Notes: generated by a model not told the origin, from the letters alone. Counted from the stretch's first letter, positions 12,640 through 26,349 are shown. The stretch: 64,000 nucleotides of DNA from Octopus sinensis (GCF_006345805.1 NC_043006.1:57226001-57290000); one strand, 5' to 3'. A program made the numbers and translations.

Positions 12640-13158
12640 AGAATAATTTTTGACTGGTCGCCTGCTCGGTAGCAAGGTTGTGAAGGAAAACATCATGTTT
12701 TAAACTATCATCCTTTAAATCATAAGGTCTTGCAGATTTTAATATTCCCAGCTATCGCGATCATTTGTGGTGTACAAATTAAGGATTTGCGTTCTCTCCC
12801 CCAAGAACCTAAGTTCAGCCATACTTTGCTCCAGACGGGTTGGTATGTATCCTCTGGCTTCAATATTAGACGCTGAAAGTATATCATGGTTTCAAGATTT
12901 GTAATTTCCTTATCAATGGTCCACAAATATACTCGTTCTCTCGTATTTCTCCAACTACATTGGTATTCAGGGGGCCGCTGATTTCCACAACAGAACATAA
13001 CTTCTCTTTACGGTATCACACAACGATATCAGGACGACTGTGCATTATCTTGGTGGCTGTTTAATTTTAAAGTTCCATCATTATCATTTTGATCCTTTGC
13101 TCTTAATATAGTCAACCTTCATTATAGGTGATTTAATTTTTCTTATCCTATCGCAGAC
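12640..13158 (-). pseudogene. Degenerate REL-endonuclease C-terminus of an R4/Dong-related LINE between (TATG)n arrays
   Basis: Minus-strand reading HSRPDIVV*YRKEKLCSVVEISGP ... QMIAIAGNIKICKTL; flanked by (TATG)n at 12536-12600 and 13160-13215. Confidence 0.6.
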
Positions 13159-13254
13159 TGTATGTATGTATGTATGTATGTATGTATGTATGTATGTATG
13201 TATGTATGTATGTATGTCATACCCTTTAAAAAAGTCATGTAAGGGTCCTTGAAC

Positions 13255-13820
13255 GCTTTCATCAGAGATGTCTCAGACACATTATGAATGTTGGCTGGAC
13301 CTTAAAAACTCCAGACACACAGGTCCTGAGGACAGCTGATATTTTGAGTATTCAGGCGATGGTACACAATCACCGGTTACGTTGGACTGGACAACTTATT
13401 AGAACGAAGGGTAGCAGGATCCCTAAACAGATGCTATATGGGGAACTCGGCAGAAACCAATGCTGCGATTTAAGGACTGTGTCAAATCCTCATTAAATGC
13501 CTGTGATATGCCGGAGACTGACTGGGAGAACAATGCTTGTCATCCCCACAGATGCAGGAAGCAGGTTAAGGAGGGGGTCGAAACTTTTGAGGGAGCACAT
13601 ATTCAGCATGAAGAACTTAAGTGTGCTGCTCGAAAGCGCACTGCTGGTGTAGTGAATGGGGAAAGCTTAGTCTGCAATGTTTGCAGTCGTGTAAAGAGCA
13701 GGGCTCATTAGCCACAAACGGAGCCGCAAATGCAAAATATAAGTTAATCCTTGAGCACACAATGTTCCTGAAGATCAGCAATGGTCTTCCTCGGTCACGA
13801 GTGGACGGCCATCACATCAT
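13255..13820 (+). pseudogene. RTE-clade LINE 3' fragment
   Basis: RLRWTGQLIR..RIPKQMLYGEL, LRFKDCVK and C-terminal CNVCSR motifs typical of RTE/BovB-like ORFs. Confidence 0.8.
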
Positions 13821-13827
13821 GTATGTA

Positions 13828-13935
13828 TGTCATAATTCAGTTTTATTTCAAGATTTCTTACTAATAGAGAAAGAGCCGTTTTCTAGCCTAGATCCAACGC
13901 TCCTTCACTGGAATTTCAGCATCAACAACAGTGTA
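13828..13935 (-). mobile_element. 3'-terminal fragment of the (TATG)n-associated LINE family
   Basis: Aligns by eye to 33575-33690; (TATG)n on both sides. Confidence 0.55.
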
Positions 13936-14058
13936 ATGTATGTATGTATGTATGTATGTATGTATGTATGTATGTATGTATGTATGTATGTATGTATGTA
14001 TGTATGTATGTATGTGAGTGTGTATGTAGGTAGGTAGGTATAAATATATACATATCTA

Positions 14059-14109
<51 letters not shown>

Positions 14110-14149
14110 TATATATATATATATACATACATATATACATACATATATG

Positions 14150-14199
<50 letters not shown>

Positions 14200-14233
14200 T
14201 AACGAAATATATGTATATATATGTATATATATA

Positions 14234-14274
<41 letters not shown>

Positions 14275-14300
14275 CATATGTGTATATATGTATATATATA

Positions 14301-14355
<55 letters not shown>

Positions 14356-14370
14356 CATGTATGTATATAT
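13936..14370. repeat. (TATG)n, (TC)n, (TA)n, (GA)n compound microsatellite
   Basis: Directly visible. Confidence 0.95.
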
Positions 14371-15359
14371 TTAAGTTCATATTATAACCAGGATCTTAGA
14401 ATTTCATTAGTAGTTTATATTCCTGACTCAAGGAATATAATAAACAGCTTCAAAGACATGTAACCTTAACTATACCATTTGATAAACACTTTTATAAAAG
14501 TTTCAAGTAAATTAAAATAAACATACAGCCAGGCGCTGTTACTTTACATTTTGGAAGAAAATAATTAAAATGCGTTTACTAATGATGATCATAAATATAG
14601 ATAGCTAAAGCATAAAGTTCTGGTAAATGTCCAGGCTTTAGAACATACTGTTTGCAAAAATATTATTTTCCTGTTGGGTGTTCACATAAATATATCTTAC
14701 ACATATTGTGTGTGTGTGTGTGTAGGTAAGATATATTTTCGTAAACACCCTACAGGAAAAGAGTATTTTTTCTAAACAGGATATTCTAAAGTCTGGTCAT
14801 TTACCAGAACACTTTTTTCTTGCGCTTTATCTATTCATGCATATGACCATAATTAGTAAACGTGTTTTAAGTTTTCTCTGGCGGAATGTAAAGTAACAGC
14901 GCTCGGCTGTATGTTTATTTTAATTAACTTGAAGCTTTCATAAAAGTGTTTATCAAATGGTGTAGTTAACGATACATTTCCTTGAAGCTTTGCTTACTAT
15001 ATTCGTGAGTAAATATAAATTGCTGATGAAATTCTATGAACCTAGTTATAATAAAACTTAGTTATACCTACTGCTATTCATTTTTTTTTAATTGCTTCAT
15101 TCTGTCTTAGGATAGCTCTAAGCGAAAATTCTCGTACTTAAAGCAAGAAACCTGGTGTAAAATTACTGGCAGCAGAGACGGGTGTCTTTCAGGATTGTTC
15201 AAGCTCACAGTCTTGAAGATTACCTTTGTGCTGCCTGCACTTTAAGAGCCGATGACGATGTAAATTCCGGAATATCCCAGTGACCCTCAATATTGTTGTC
15301 TTTGAAAGATCTTATGATGGCACGATGTCACCTAAAATCTATAACTAGTGAGTTTTGTC

Positions 15360-15752
15360 TTATATCTTTTACTTGTTTCACTCATCGGATTGCGACCATG
15401 CTGGAGCGCAACCTTGAAGAATTTTTAATTGAATGAATCGACCCCAGTATATATTATTTTGTAAAGCCTGGTACTTTTTCTATCAATATCTTTTGCCGAA
15501 CCGTTAAGTTACGAGCACGTAAGCATACCAACACCGGTTGTCAAGTGGTGGAAGGGACGAACACATACACAAAGACACGTACAAATACACACACACACAC
15601 GAACATATATAATGCGACAGGTTTCTTTCAGTTTCCGTCTACCAAATCCACTCACAAGGCGTTGGTCAGCTCGAGGCTATAGCAGAAGACATTTGGCCAC
15701 GCAGTGGGACTGAGCCTGGAGCCATGAAGTTGGGAAGCAAACTTCTTACTAC
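15360..15752 (-). mobile_element. SINE family B (older copy)
   Basis: Reverse-strand match to 941-1327. Confidence 0.75.
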
Positions 15753-18700
15753 AAAATGTTATGATGGTGCGGTTTCTAGTGTTGCATCTTTTCGGCTCTA
15801 TTGAAAGACAGGAGGAAGGTGGTGAAAGTGGCGCGTGTTCCATAAAGAAAGGACTTATGCAGTGCATATTTGTGATGGATGCTAGATCACAGGGGTAAAA
15901 ATGAAGTGGTAGAAACTAGGGCTCTTGAGACGCGAGGTCTAATTTACTGTGTTTTGCTATATTGGCAAATATTCGTTCACCACTGACAACGGTCGCTTCT
16001 CATCAGGGGCATACATTCCGGGTGTGCTAGGTGTGCACTACACGCCCATCGAAAATGGCAAATTCATTATAAATATTAACCTTAGTCATTAATTTAATCA
16101 CAAATCATAATGGAAAACTTTGTTATACCCCTGCTTGAAATTTTGCGGCGAGTGTTCTGATATAAGATTGCACACCTCACAGCGCACTGTATCAAAATAT
16201 GGTACCGGGCGTATCGTAGGATTATAGGATAGCAAAAGATTAACGATGAGGGGTGTGCGACAGCACAGTCGCATGTTCGTTTTCGTGGTGAAAAATTGTA
16301 CGTTTAAATTAATTTTAAATTCTTAAACTAAAACTTTTTTTTTTTAAATATCACCATATAACTTTGATCTTAATTTGTTTTCAAAACTAATAACAAAATG
16401 GTTCGTTGTACGATGAGTTTATTGAACATTTTGCGTCTCAAAGGACAGAACTTACATATAAGTGATTTAAATAAGTAAAATTATATGGTTTCTTATTTTT
16501 CAGTGTGAGCGCCTAAGAAAATTATGGCTTATATTAGAATGCTTACAATTTATAGAGTATTATTTATTCAGTGCCATATACCTGTGCCATATACCTGAAT
16601 CTCAATTAGCGCCATATACATGTATCCCAATTGAATTACGTTTACATTTTGAATAGAAATACACAGTTTGTATGCTTAATTTGTGTAATGCTTAATGATA
16701 ATCATTGTATGGTCAGTGTGCATCACACCCAATGACAATAATCACCATACGCCACTACTTCTCATTAGAGTTATCTAGTTACGTATCACCTCTACCTTAG
16801 TTTTGTACTGACCACCGTCTCTTCGCTTTTTATCATTCAAATTGTACCTCCCTTCTAATTCCCGCACAGATCACTTTGTCCACTCCTTCCATCCTAGAAC
16901 GTCAATCGCCCGGAACTGTGGTCCTACACACGTCGACTTACAACTTGTTCCCGATGAATATCAACCAACTTCATCAGTGTCACACAAATTAAATATATCC
17001 TGTTAACAACCGTGCATATGATTTACGAAGATCATATTCACATTTGCCTTATCCTGACCCAAACCATAAAAAGTAAAATAGGTGTTTTCGTTGCAATCTT
17101 GGGTTAACATTTTAGTTGAATGTAATCAAACCCAAGTCTTTGGGAGAACATCCAGTTCCAAATCTGTCTAAAGCAGATTTGGAAACTGGATTCGAAATCA
17201 GATTTAGATACTACACTGCGTTGAAGTGGGTTTTTTTCCAGTTTTTCTCGTAGTTACGCAGACTTTTGACCAACTGATGCGTTTGGTGTAGTTAGATCAA
17301 AAAGTGCGTTGTCAAAATACTTTAAATCGTTCTTTATTGGGTATCTTATCTGCTTCAATATTATTACCGCATATTGTTCTATAGACGTTTTGGGGGTTTG
17401 TTTCCTATTGCGTATTTTGGAGAGAGCCACTTTCCCCTAATATTATATCCCTGAAACCAATTATGTACTATAGATATGTTTCCGTATTAAAAATAAGTGT
17501 TTGTTCATTGTGTCTGTTCATTGTTCATATAATACTTACTATATCAAAAATGATATAGATATTTCGTTTTTTTCTGGAAGATTTATCTACTGTCATTTTC
17601 CTTCATTGCATTGTGTCTCTATGCTGCATATTAGTGTACCTTTCCTGTCGCCTTCTTTACGTCATTGGCCTTTTATCTTTTGTAACCATACATTGTTTAT
17701 TTAAACCTACATTTTCTTTTGTTGTGTTTATGCAAACGTATAGAAAATCGTTTAACTCCCTAATATAACTAAATATTACTGTCATGATGTCAAATTTCTG
17801 TTTTATATTTATTGATTATAGCTTTTCTTAATTTATGTTAATCTTTAGGAGTATTTTTTTTATTTTAGGTATTGTTTATTCGTAAGAGTTATATCAGGTA
17901 TTCTCAGCTGGTTTATTTACTTTGCTGAACATTTTGATGGGCTGCTTAGCATAGAAATCAATAAAATTAAATAGAACAAATCAAACATCAAATAAACATT
18001 AAATAAAGTCAAACACTAAACTTGAAAAATTCAATTCAGCTTTTTTAAAAAAAGCAATCTAGCAGAAAACAAATTTTAAAAAACCAACATTCTAACAAAC
18101 ACTGATGTTACGCTTATATTGATCTAAAATGCTTGCCAATGATTTTAAAATATATTTGGTGGCTACGATATAGTTTATTATTGGCTGAACAATATACATC
18201 ATTTTCAGAAACCAAACGGTCGCTTACCTTTGATCTGACTTTGAGAAATGAGGAAAAACTAACTTCACAAAAATACATAGATGGTAAAAAAAAGCGCAAG
18301 ATTTTGAGTATCTGGTCAATGACATCAGGATAGCTGTTTGACGTGCAGATTGTTTGCGAAAGATGATAAACTGTTGTGGAGAACTTATACAGTTAGGTCG
18401 TTCTTTAATTCCAAAAATTTCTCTTTAATCGGTTCTAGATTTTTTTTCAGTTTTTGTTATGAATGGGTTGATGATAATCGGAGCATTTTCTTGGAAAGTT
18501 GAAGCTTTTACTTCAATTTTTCTGAATGTTGTACGATTTAATTTTTGGATTTTTTAAGATTGTTTCGTAAGGAAATTTAAATTTACATATTAGATATTTT
18601 TTATTTCATTTCCTTTTCTTTTCCCCCAATCGATTTTATGTAAACTTAAACTCACCCACACATTGTAACTTGTCGGTGTAACCTCGCCTTTGATCAATAC

Positions 18701-18789
18701 CCACAGGCAAAAAAAAAAAAAAACTGTCGTTGCAATCATCATCATCATCATCATCATTGATGCCGTCACTGTCCATATTATCGTTGTTA

Positions 18790-19130
18790 TTATTAAAATG
18801 GGTACAACCCCTTTCGATCATGAATGACCGTGGGATTGCACCTAGAAGGTTCCCCTCCGAGGCACAAGTTCGGGCGAAGTTGTTTATGGAATATCAACAG
18901 TCACCCATACATACCAGCCTCCCCTCTCCGTGCCACCGACTCTATCTAAGGGAAAAGCAAGGGCCGACAAATCTTGACACCAGTGACATAACTCATTCCT
19001 ACAGAACTGGAACAACGCAAAAATAAACAAAAATACGTCTTGCTCAAGGATACAACACACAGCCGGTCAGGGAATCGAACTCATAAACTCATGATTGTGA
19101 TGCTCTAACCACTTACCAATGCGCCTTCAC
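18790..19130 (-). mobile_element. tRNA-derived SINE family D
   Basis: Minus strand: gaaggcgcattggtaagtggttagagc (A box), gagttcgattccc (B box), then tatccttgagcaagac. Confidence 0.7.
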
Positions 19131-19167
19131 TGTTATTATTCTTGTTATTACTACTACTACTATTATT

Positions 19168-19368
19168 AAGGTAACGAACTGGAACAGTCATAAGAGCGAT
19201 TGGGAGAAATCCTTTCCAGTATTTTTCTGATTCGTTTCGTTGAGTTTAAATTCCGCTGGCGTCAACTTTGTCTTTCATCCCTCCGAAGTCGGAAAAAAAT
19301 ATCAGTTAAGTACCCAAGATGCTGTAATCGACTGTCCCCTTCTCCACCTTTCAGTCATTGTGCTTACT
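19168..19368 (+). mobile_element. SINE family A (diverged), followed by a long (ATT)n array to ~19593
   Basis: Family core gagtttaaattccgctggcgtcaactttgtctttcatcc; (ATT)n tail. Confidence 0.75.
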
Positions 19369-19369
19369 A

Positions 19370-19498
<129 letters not shown>

Positions 19499-19529
19499 TA
19501 TTATTATTATATTATTATTATTATTATTA

Positions 19530-19587
<58 letters not shown>

Positions 19588-19593
19588 GTTATT

Positions 19594-19830
19594 CAGTAGT
19601 TTTATTTTTATAGCATGCTTTCACTTCACTACCGAGCGCAGCTCTGTGTGTCTTGGGTATGTGCTGTGGTTTGCTGTGATGCTCTTATCGTTACTGTATT
19701 GAAAGTGTTTTGCTAGGATATGTGCAGTGCCCAGTAGTGCAATTTTCTGTATGTTATATATATTTGTAAGTCCTGGTGTTTTTGTTATGTATTTGTCTGA
19801 ATATTATTATCATACCTATCTGTTGTAGTT
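19594..19830 (-). mobile_element. R4/Dong-like family B 3' fragment (B0, internally deleted)
   Basis: Same 3' terminus cagtagttttatttttatagc as B1-B3. Confidence 0.75.
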
Positions 19831-19852
19831 ATTATTATTATTATTATTATTA

Positions 19853-20904
19853 CTTTTTTTTTTCTTCTTTCAAATTTGCTTCCATTTCTTGCCGAGTGTC
19901 TTCCCGACTCCTAGGGCAAAGAAACTCATAGTATACAATGGTAGGCCATTAAACCAAACTCAGTAGTTCGTTCATTTTTTTTTTTTTTTTTTTAAGTTAA
20001 ATCAAAATACATGAGCAGCAACAGTTCTCACATCGACAATGCTCTTCCCAATACATGTGATGTACCAGTTAAGACAATCTTTTGCACTTCTTGCAGGGAT
20101 GGTAAGCCAGGGATCATTCTCATATAATTTTCGGTTCCCTTCTTGATCATTCCTAGTGCTCCTACGATCACTGGTATTGTAACCGCCTTGAGATGCCACA
20201 TTTTCTCAATTTCAATGAGTAGGTCTTTATATTTTCTGAGCTTGTCAAACTCTTTCGCTGAGATATTATGATCACAGGGGATGCTCATGTCGATCAATAA
20301 GCAAACTTTATTGTTTTGGTCATTCACAACAATATCTGGTTTATTGGCCTTGATGGTTCGGTCTGTATGTACTGGAAAGTCCCACAGAATCGTTACATTT
20401 TCTCCTTCAGTTACAGCCTCAGGGTGGTGATTATGCCACTTGTCGGCAGTTTTGATATTGTAATGCCGACTTATTAGCCAGTGTATATATTGGCCAACTC
20501 TGTCATGTCTTAATTTATACTCCACTGGTGCTAAGACTTTACATCCAGAGATTAGGTGGTCCACTGTTTCAATCATGTCGTTGCAGAATCGGCATTTTGG
20601 GTCTGCTCCATTTTTCATCACATTGGCCTGGTAGTTCCGGGTTAATAGGCTTTGATCTTGAGCAGCCAGGATGAAACCTTCGCTCTCTGCTTTTAGCCCT
20701 GAGCTCCCTAGCCACTGATGGGTTTGCTTCTGGTCAACATCAGCTTGTTTGCTGCGGGTCACATATTTGCCGTGCAGAGGTTTCTCCTCCCACCTATCAG
20801 CCAATTGCTCGTGCGCTTTTTTCATTGCCATCATTTTCACCTTCTTTGCAACAATAGTTGCCGTACTTCCCTCGGGTTGTTCAGTTTGGGTATCCTGCAC
20901 GAGA

Positions 20905-20905
<1 letters not shown>
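19853..20905 (-). mobile_element. R4/Dong-like LINE family A, 5'-truncated copy A1
   Basis: ORF 20028-20900: CRFCNDMIETVDHLISGC (CCHC), RHD, KPDIVV..D.SIP..KY (PD-(D/E)xK REL); (ATT)n at both ends. Confidence 0.92.
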
Positions 20906-20971
<66 letters not shown>

Positions 20972-20990
20972 GTTATTATTATTATTATTT

Positions 20991-21170
20991 GAAGGCGGCG
21001 ATCTCGCTGAATCGTTAGCGCGCTTACGTTCTGAGTTCAACTTAGGCCGAGGTCGACTTTGCCTTTCATCCTTTCGGGGTCGATAAATGAAGTATCAGTT
21101 ACACACTGGGATCGATATAATCGACACATCTCCTCCCCAAAATGGCTGCCCTTGTGGCAAAATTTGAAAC

Positions 21171-21171
<1 letters not shown>
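20991..21171 (+). mobile_element. SINE family A inside (ATT)n
   Basis: A box gctgaatcgttagc, B box gagttcaact, tail gcccttgtggcaaaatttgaaacc. Confidence 0.85.
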
Positions 21172-21243
<72 letters not shown>

Positions 21244-21246
<3 letters not shown>

Positions 21247-21605
21247 TAGTTTTATTTTTATAGCGTGCTTTCACTTCACTACCGAGCGCAGCTCTGTGTG
21301 CCTTAGGTATGTGCTGTGATTTGTTGTGATGCTGCTCTGATGGTTATTGTATGGAAAGTGTTCTGCGTAGGATGTGTGCAGTGCCTAGTAGTGCAATTTT
21401 CTGTATGTTTTATGTGTTTGTAAGTCCTGGTGTTTTTGTTATGTATTTGTCTGAATATTTTTTTATCATGCCTAATGCACCTCCTATGATAGGAATTGTT
21501 TCTGTTTTTAGATTCCACATTCTGGTTACCTCTATTTCCAGGTCTTTGTATTTTGAAAGTTTCTCCATTTCTTTTAGAGACACGTTGTCATCTGCCGGTA
21601 TTGAT
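21244..21605 (-). mobile_element. R4/Dong-like family B 3' fragment B1
   Basis: Matches the 3' end of B3 (30319-31725). Confidence 0.85.
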
Positions 21606-21625
21606 TCATTATTATTATTATATTA

Positions 21626-21660
<35 letters not shown>

Positions 21661-21661
<1 letters not shown>

Positions 21662-22713
21662 TTTTTTTTTCTCTTCTTTCAAATTTGCTTCCATTTCTTG
21701 CCGAGTGTCTTCCCGACTCCTAGGGCAAAGAAACTCATAGTATACATTGGTAGGCCATTAAACCAAACTCAATAGTTCGTTCGTTTTTTTTGGTTTTTTT
21801 TAAAGTTAAATTAAAATACATGAGCAGCAACAGTTCTCACATCGACAATGCTCTTCTCAATACGTGTGATGTACCAGTTAAGACAATCTTTTGCACTTCT
21901 TGCAGGGATGGTAAGCCAGGGATCATTCTCATATAATTTTCGGTTCCCTTCTTGATCATTCCTAGTGCTCCTACGATCACTGGTATTGTAACCGCCTTGA
22001 GATGCCACATTTTCTCAATTTCAATGAGTAGGTCTTTATATTTTCTGAGCTTGTCAAACTCTTTCGCCGAGATATTATGATCACAGGGGATGCTCATGTC
22101 GATCAATAAGCAAACTTTATTGTTTTGGTCATTCACAACAATATCTGGTTTATTGGCCTTGATGGTTCGGTCTGTATGTACTGGTAAGTCCCACAGAATC
22201 GTTACATTTTCTCCTTCAGTTACAGCCTCAGGGTGGTGATTATACCACTTGTCGGCAGTTTTGATATTGTAATGCCGACTTATTAGCCAGTGTATATATT
22301 GGCCAACTCTGTCATGTCTTAATTTATACTCCACTGGCGCTAAGACTTTACATCCAGAGATTAGGTGGTCCACTGTTTCAATCATGTCGTTGCAGAATCG
22401 GCATTTTGGGTCTGCTCCATTTTTCATCACATTGGCCTGGTAGTTCCGGGTTAATAGGCTTTGATCTTGAGCAGCCAGGATGAAACCTTCGCTCTCTGCT
22501 TTTAGCCCTGAGCTCCCTAGCCACTGATGGGTTGCTTCTGGTCAACATCAGCTTGTTTGCTGCGGGTCACATATTTGCCGTGCAGAGGTTTCTCCTCCCA
22601 CCTATCAGCCAATTGCTCGTGCGCTTTTTTCATTGCCATCATTTTCACCTTCTTTGCAACAATAGTTGCCGTACTTCCCTCGGGTTGTTCAGTTTGGGTA
22701 TCCTGCACGAGAT
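21661..22713 (-). mobile_element. R4/Dong-like family A copy A2 (hybrid-looking)
   Basis: Same 5' truncation point as A1; SNPs shared with A3; 1-bp deletion near 22532 splits the ORF. Confidence 0.92.
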
Positions 22714-22743
22714 ATTATTATTATTATTATTTTATTATTATTA

Positions 22744-22780
<37 letters not shown>

Positions 22781-22799
22781 GTTATTATTATTATTATTT

Positions 22800-22979
22800 G
22801 AAGGCGGCGATCTCGCTGAATCGTTAGCGCGCTTACGTTCTGAGTTCAACTTAGGCCGAGGTCGACTTTGCCTTTCATCCTTTCGGGGTCGATAAATGAA
22901 GTATCAGTTACACACTGGGATCGATATAATCGACACATCTCCTCCCCAAAATGGCTGCCCTTGTGGCAAAATTTGAAAC

Positions 22980-22980
<1 letters not shown>
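22800..22980 (+). mobile_element. SINE family A (duplicate of 20991-21171)
   Basis: Essentially identical sequence and context. Confidence 0.85.
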
Positions 22981-23023
<43 letters not shown>

Positions 23024-23052
23024 TATTATTATTATTTATTATTATTATTATT

Positions 23053-23414
23053 CAGTAGTTTTATTTTTATAGCGTGCTTTCACTTCACTACCGAGCGCAG
23101 CTCTGTGTGCCTTAGGTATGTGCTGTGATTTGTTGTGATGCTGCTCTGATGGTTATTGTATGGAAAGTGTTCTGCGTAGGATGTGTGCAGTGCCTAGTAG
23201 TGCAATTTTCTGTATGTTATATGTGTTTGTAAGTCCTGGTGTTTTTGTTATGTATTTGTCTGAATATTTTTTTATCATGCCTAATGCACCTCCTATGATA
23301 GGAATTGTTTCTGTTTTTAGATTCCACATTCTGGTTACCTCTATTTCCAGGTCTTTGTATTTTGAAAGTTTCTCCATTTCTTTTAGAGACACGTTGTCAT
23401 CTGCCGGTATTGAT
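23053..23414 (-). mobile_element. R4/Dong-like family B 3' fragment B2 (duplicate of B1)
   Basis: Same truncation as B1; ORF 23153-23392 ..KYKDLEIEVTRMW..IIGGALG..LLGTAHILRRTLSIQ. Confidence 0.85.
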
Positions 23415-23465
<51 letters not shown>

Positions 23466-23466
<1 letters not shown>

Positions 23467-26245
23467 TTTTTTTTTCTCTTCTTTCAAATTTGCTTCCATT
23501 TCTTGCCGAGTGTCTTCCCGACTCCTAGGGCAAAGAAACTCATAGTATACATTGGTAGGCCATTAAACCAAACTCAATAGTTCGTTCGTTTTTTTTGGTT
23601 TTTTTTAAAGTTAAATTAAAATACATGAGCAGCAACAGTTCTCACATCGACAATGCTCTTCTCAATACGTGTGATGTACCAGTTAAGACAATCTTTTGCA
23701 CTTCTTGCAGGGATGGTAAGCCAGGGATCATTCTCATATAATTTTCGGTTCCCTTCTTGATCATTCCTAGTGCTCCTACGATCACTGGTATTGTAACCGC
23801 CTTGAGATGCCACATTTTCTCAATTTCAATGAGTAGGTCTTTATATTTTCTGAGCTTGTCAAACTCTTTCGCCGAGATATTATGATCACAGGGGATGCTC
23901 ATGTCGATCAATAAGCAAACTTTATTGTTTTGGTCATTCACAACAATATCTGGTTTATTGGCCTTGATGGTTCGGTCTGTATGTACTGGTAAGTCCCACA
24001 GAATCGTTACATTTTCTCCTTCAGTTACAGCCTCAGGGTGGTGATTATACCACTTGTCGGCAGTTTTGATATTGTAATGCCGACTTATTAGCCAGTGTAT
24101 ATATTGGCCAACTCTGTCATGTCTTAATTTATACTCCACTGGCGCTAAGACTTTACATCCAGAGATTAGGTGGTCCACTGTTTCAATCATGTCGTTGCAG
24201 AATCGGCATTTTGGGTCTGCTCCATTTTTCATCACATTGGCCTGGTAGTTCCGGGTTAATAGGCTTTGATCTTGAGCAGCCAGGATGAAACCTTCGCTCT
24301 CTGCTTTTAGCCCTGAGCTCCCTAGCCACTGATGGGTTTGCTTCTGGTCAACATCAGCTTGTTTGCTGCGGGTCACATATTTGCCGTGCAGAGGTTTCTC
24401 CTCCCACCTATCAGCCAATTGCTCGTGCGCTTTTTTCATTGCCATCATTTTCACCTTCTTTGCAACAATAGTTGCCGTACTTCCCTCGGGTTGTTCAGTT
24501 TGGGTATCCTGCACGAGATCAATAGCAACTTTTTTGCTTTCCTTTATGATAGAATGAAGCTTCTTTCGTCTCTCGTGATTTTCCACGAGCTTTAGCATCC
24601 AGTCATTCGATATTTCGAGATATTTGGCCAGTCCAATTGTGGTTGTTTTGTAAGCTAGTTCAAATTGGATCAGGCCTCGACCTCCTTGGGCTCTGGGAAG
24701 GTAAAGGCGATCTACGTCTGCCTTTGGGTGGTGCATCCTATTACAACTCAGCAACTCTTTACTTCACTCATATTCCAGTTCAACACATTGTAGCTATAAG
24801 TAACAACTGGAACTGCTAAGGAATTTATAGCTAACACCTTGTTACGTGCATTTAGTTCAGATTTCAGGACTGCACGAACTCTCCTATAACATTCCTTCCT
24901 GATCTTCTCTTTCATGCTTGCATGCTGAATACCAGAGCCTTCATTTATCCCTAAATATTTGTATGTTTGTTCTTGCTCAAGCTCTCTTATGACTGTGTCA
25001 ACATCTAACACGACTGAATTTGTGGTCTTCACTTTCCCTTTCTGGAAAGTGGCCTTGGCACACTTCTCAAGTCCAAACTCCATCCCGATGTCATCGCTGA
25101 ATGCTTTCACGGTGCGCAATAGGCCTTCAAGTTCATTATTGTCTTTACCATAAAGTTTTAAGTCATCCATATAAAATAGATGGCTTATTTTTTATTGGCA
25201 ATTTTATAGCCCATACCCTGTTCTGTTTAATTCACTCGTAAGGGTTATTAGGGGTATGCAGCATATTAAAGGTGAAAATGAGTCACCTTGAAAAATTCCA
25301 CAGTTGATGTTTATATTTTCTGAGGCAAGTACTCCATTAGATTTCTGCGCTTGTTGTGACAGTTCTCAACGATCATACGATTAATTAGCAGTTGATCTTT
25401 GCATCCGTAAGAGCCTCGGCGGCACCCTTTTTGTTCAATGGGGAAAATAACGTTCTTCTTCATGAATGCATATGTTTTCTCCGCTAGGATAGATGTTAGG
25501 ATTTTATACGTGGTGGATAGACAGGTTATAGGCCGATAGTTTTTTAGAAGGTTGGTTTCGTTATTCTTTGGGAGTAGGTAAGTAATGCCACTTGCTAACC
25601 ATTCAGGTGTTTTCTTTGGGTCTCTCATAATTCCATTGAGCAGCTGAACTAGCTTACCGTGTGCGCATGGGAGCGATGCGAGCCAGAAATTCGGCACCCT
25701 ATCTTTACCGGGGGATTTCCAATTATGGGCCTTCGTGAGTGCCTTTCTTAGGTCTGCTATTGTGATGTCTTCCCATGCTTGTTGTTGTAAATTTTGGTAG
25801 GATCCTTCAGTTTGTATAATCCAGTCTGCATTTATGTTGTACGTCTTCTTGTCACTCCAAATCCTTTTCCAAAAGTTTTGAACTTCTTCCATGAGAGGGG
25901 GGTCTTTAACGGTTACTTTCTCCTTCCCTATTTCTCTGTAGAATTTTTTGGCATTGGATGTGAACAGTTTATTTTGCTTGTAAAACTTGTTTCTCTTCTC
26001 AAATCTTCGTATTCTTTGGGCTTTTGCTTGGACTTTTTGTTTCAGCGTTTCTTTTATTGATATCAGTTCTTCTCTTGGTAAGGATCCAAATTTTCTCTTC
26101 ATCTTTCTTCCTGTTCTGGATCTTACATCATTTCCACATATTAGTTCATTTAATATTGATATTTCCCCTCTCATAAATTCAATCTCTTTTTCAATTTTAC
26201 TTCTCCATGTTTGATTTCTTCCCAGGTTTGGTTTTCTTTGTTTTT
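23466..26245 (-). mobile_element. R4/Dong-like family A copy A3 (5'-truncated, internal deletions)
   Basis: ORFs 25311-26174, 24748-25170 (MDDLKLY) and 23642-24754 (CCHC + REL); near-identical to A4. Confidence 0.93.
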
Positions 26246-26250
26246 TTTTG

Positions 26251-26344
<94 letters not shown>

Positions 26345-26349
<5 letters not shown>

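Noticed and set aside
15990-18600. Possible old DNA transposon (caggggc start, ORF 18133-18333)
   Set aside because: No paired TIRs, TSD or transposase motif could be identified
20991-21060. tRNA-like A/B boxes in the SINE heads
   Set aside because: No complete cloverleaf; they are followed by SINE bodies, so they are not tRNA genes
19853-23465. Repeat-spacer appearance suggestive of a CRISPR-like array
   Set aside because: Eukaryotic context; the units are kb-scale duplicated retroelement fragments and the short repeats are microsatellites
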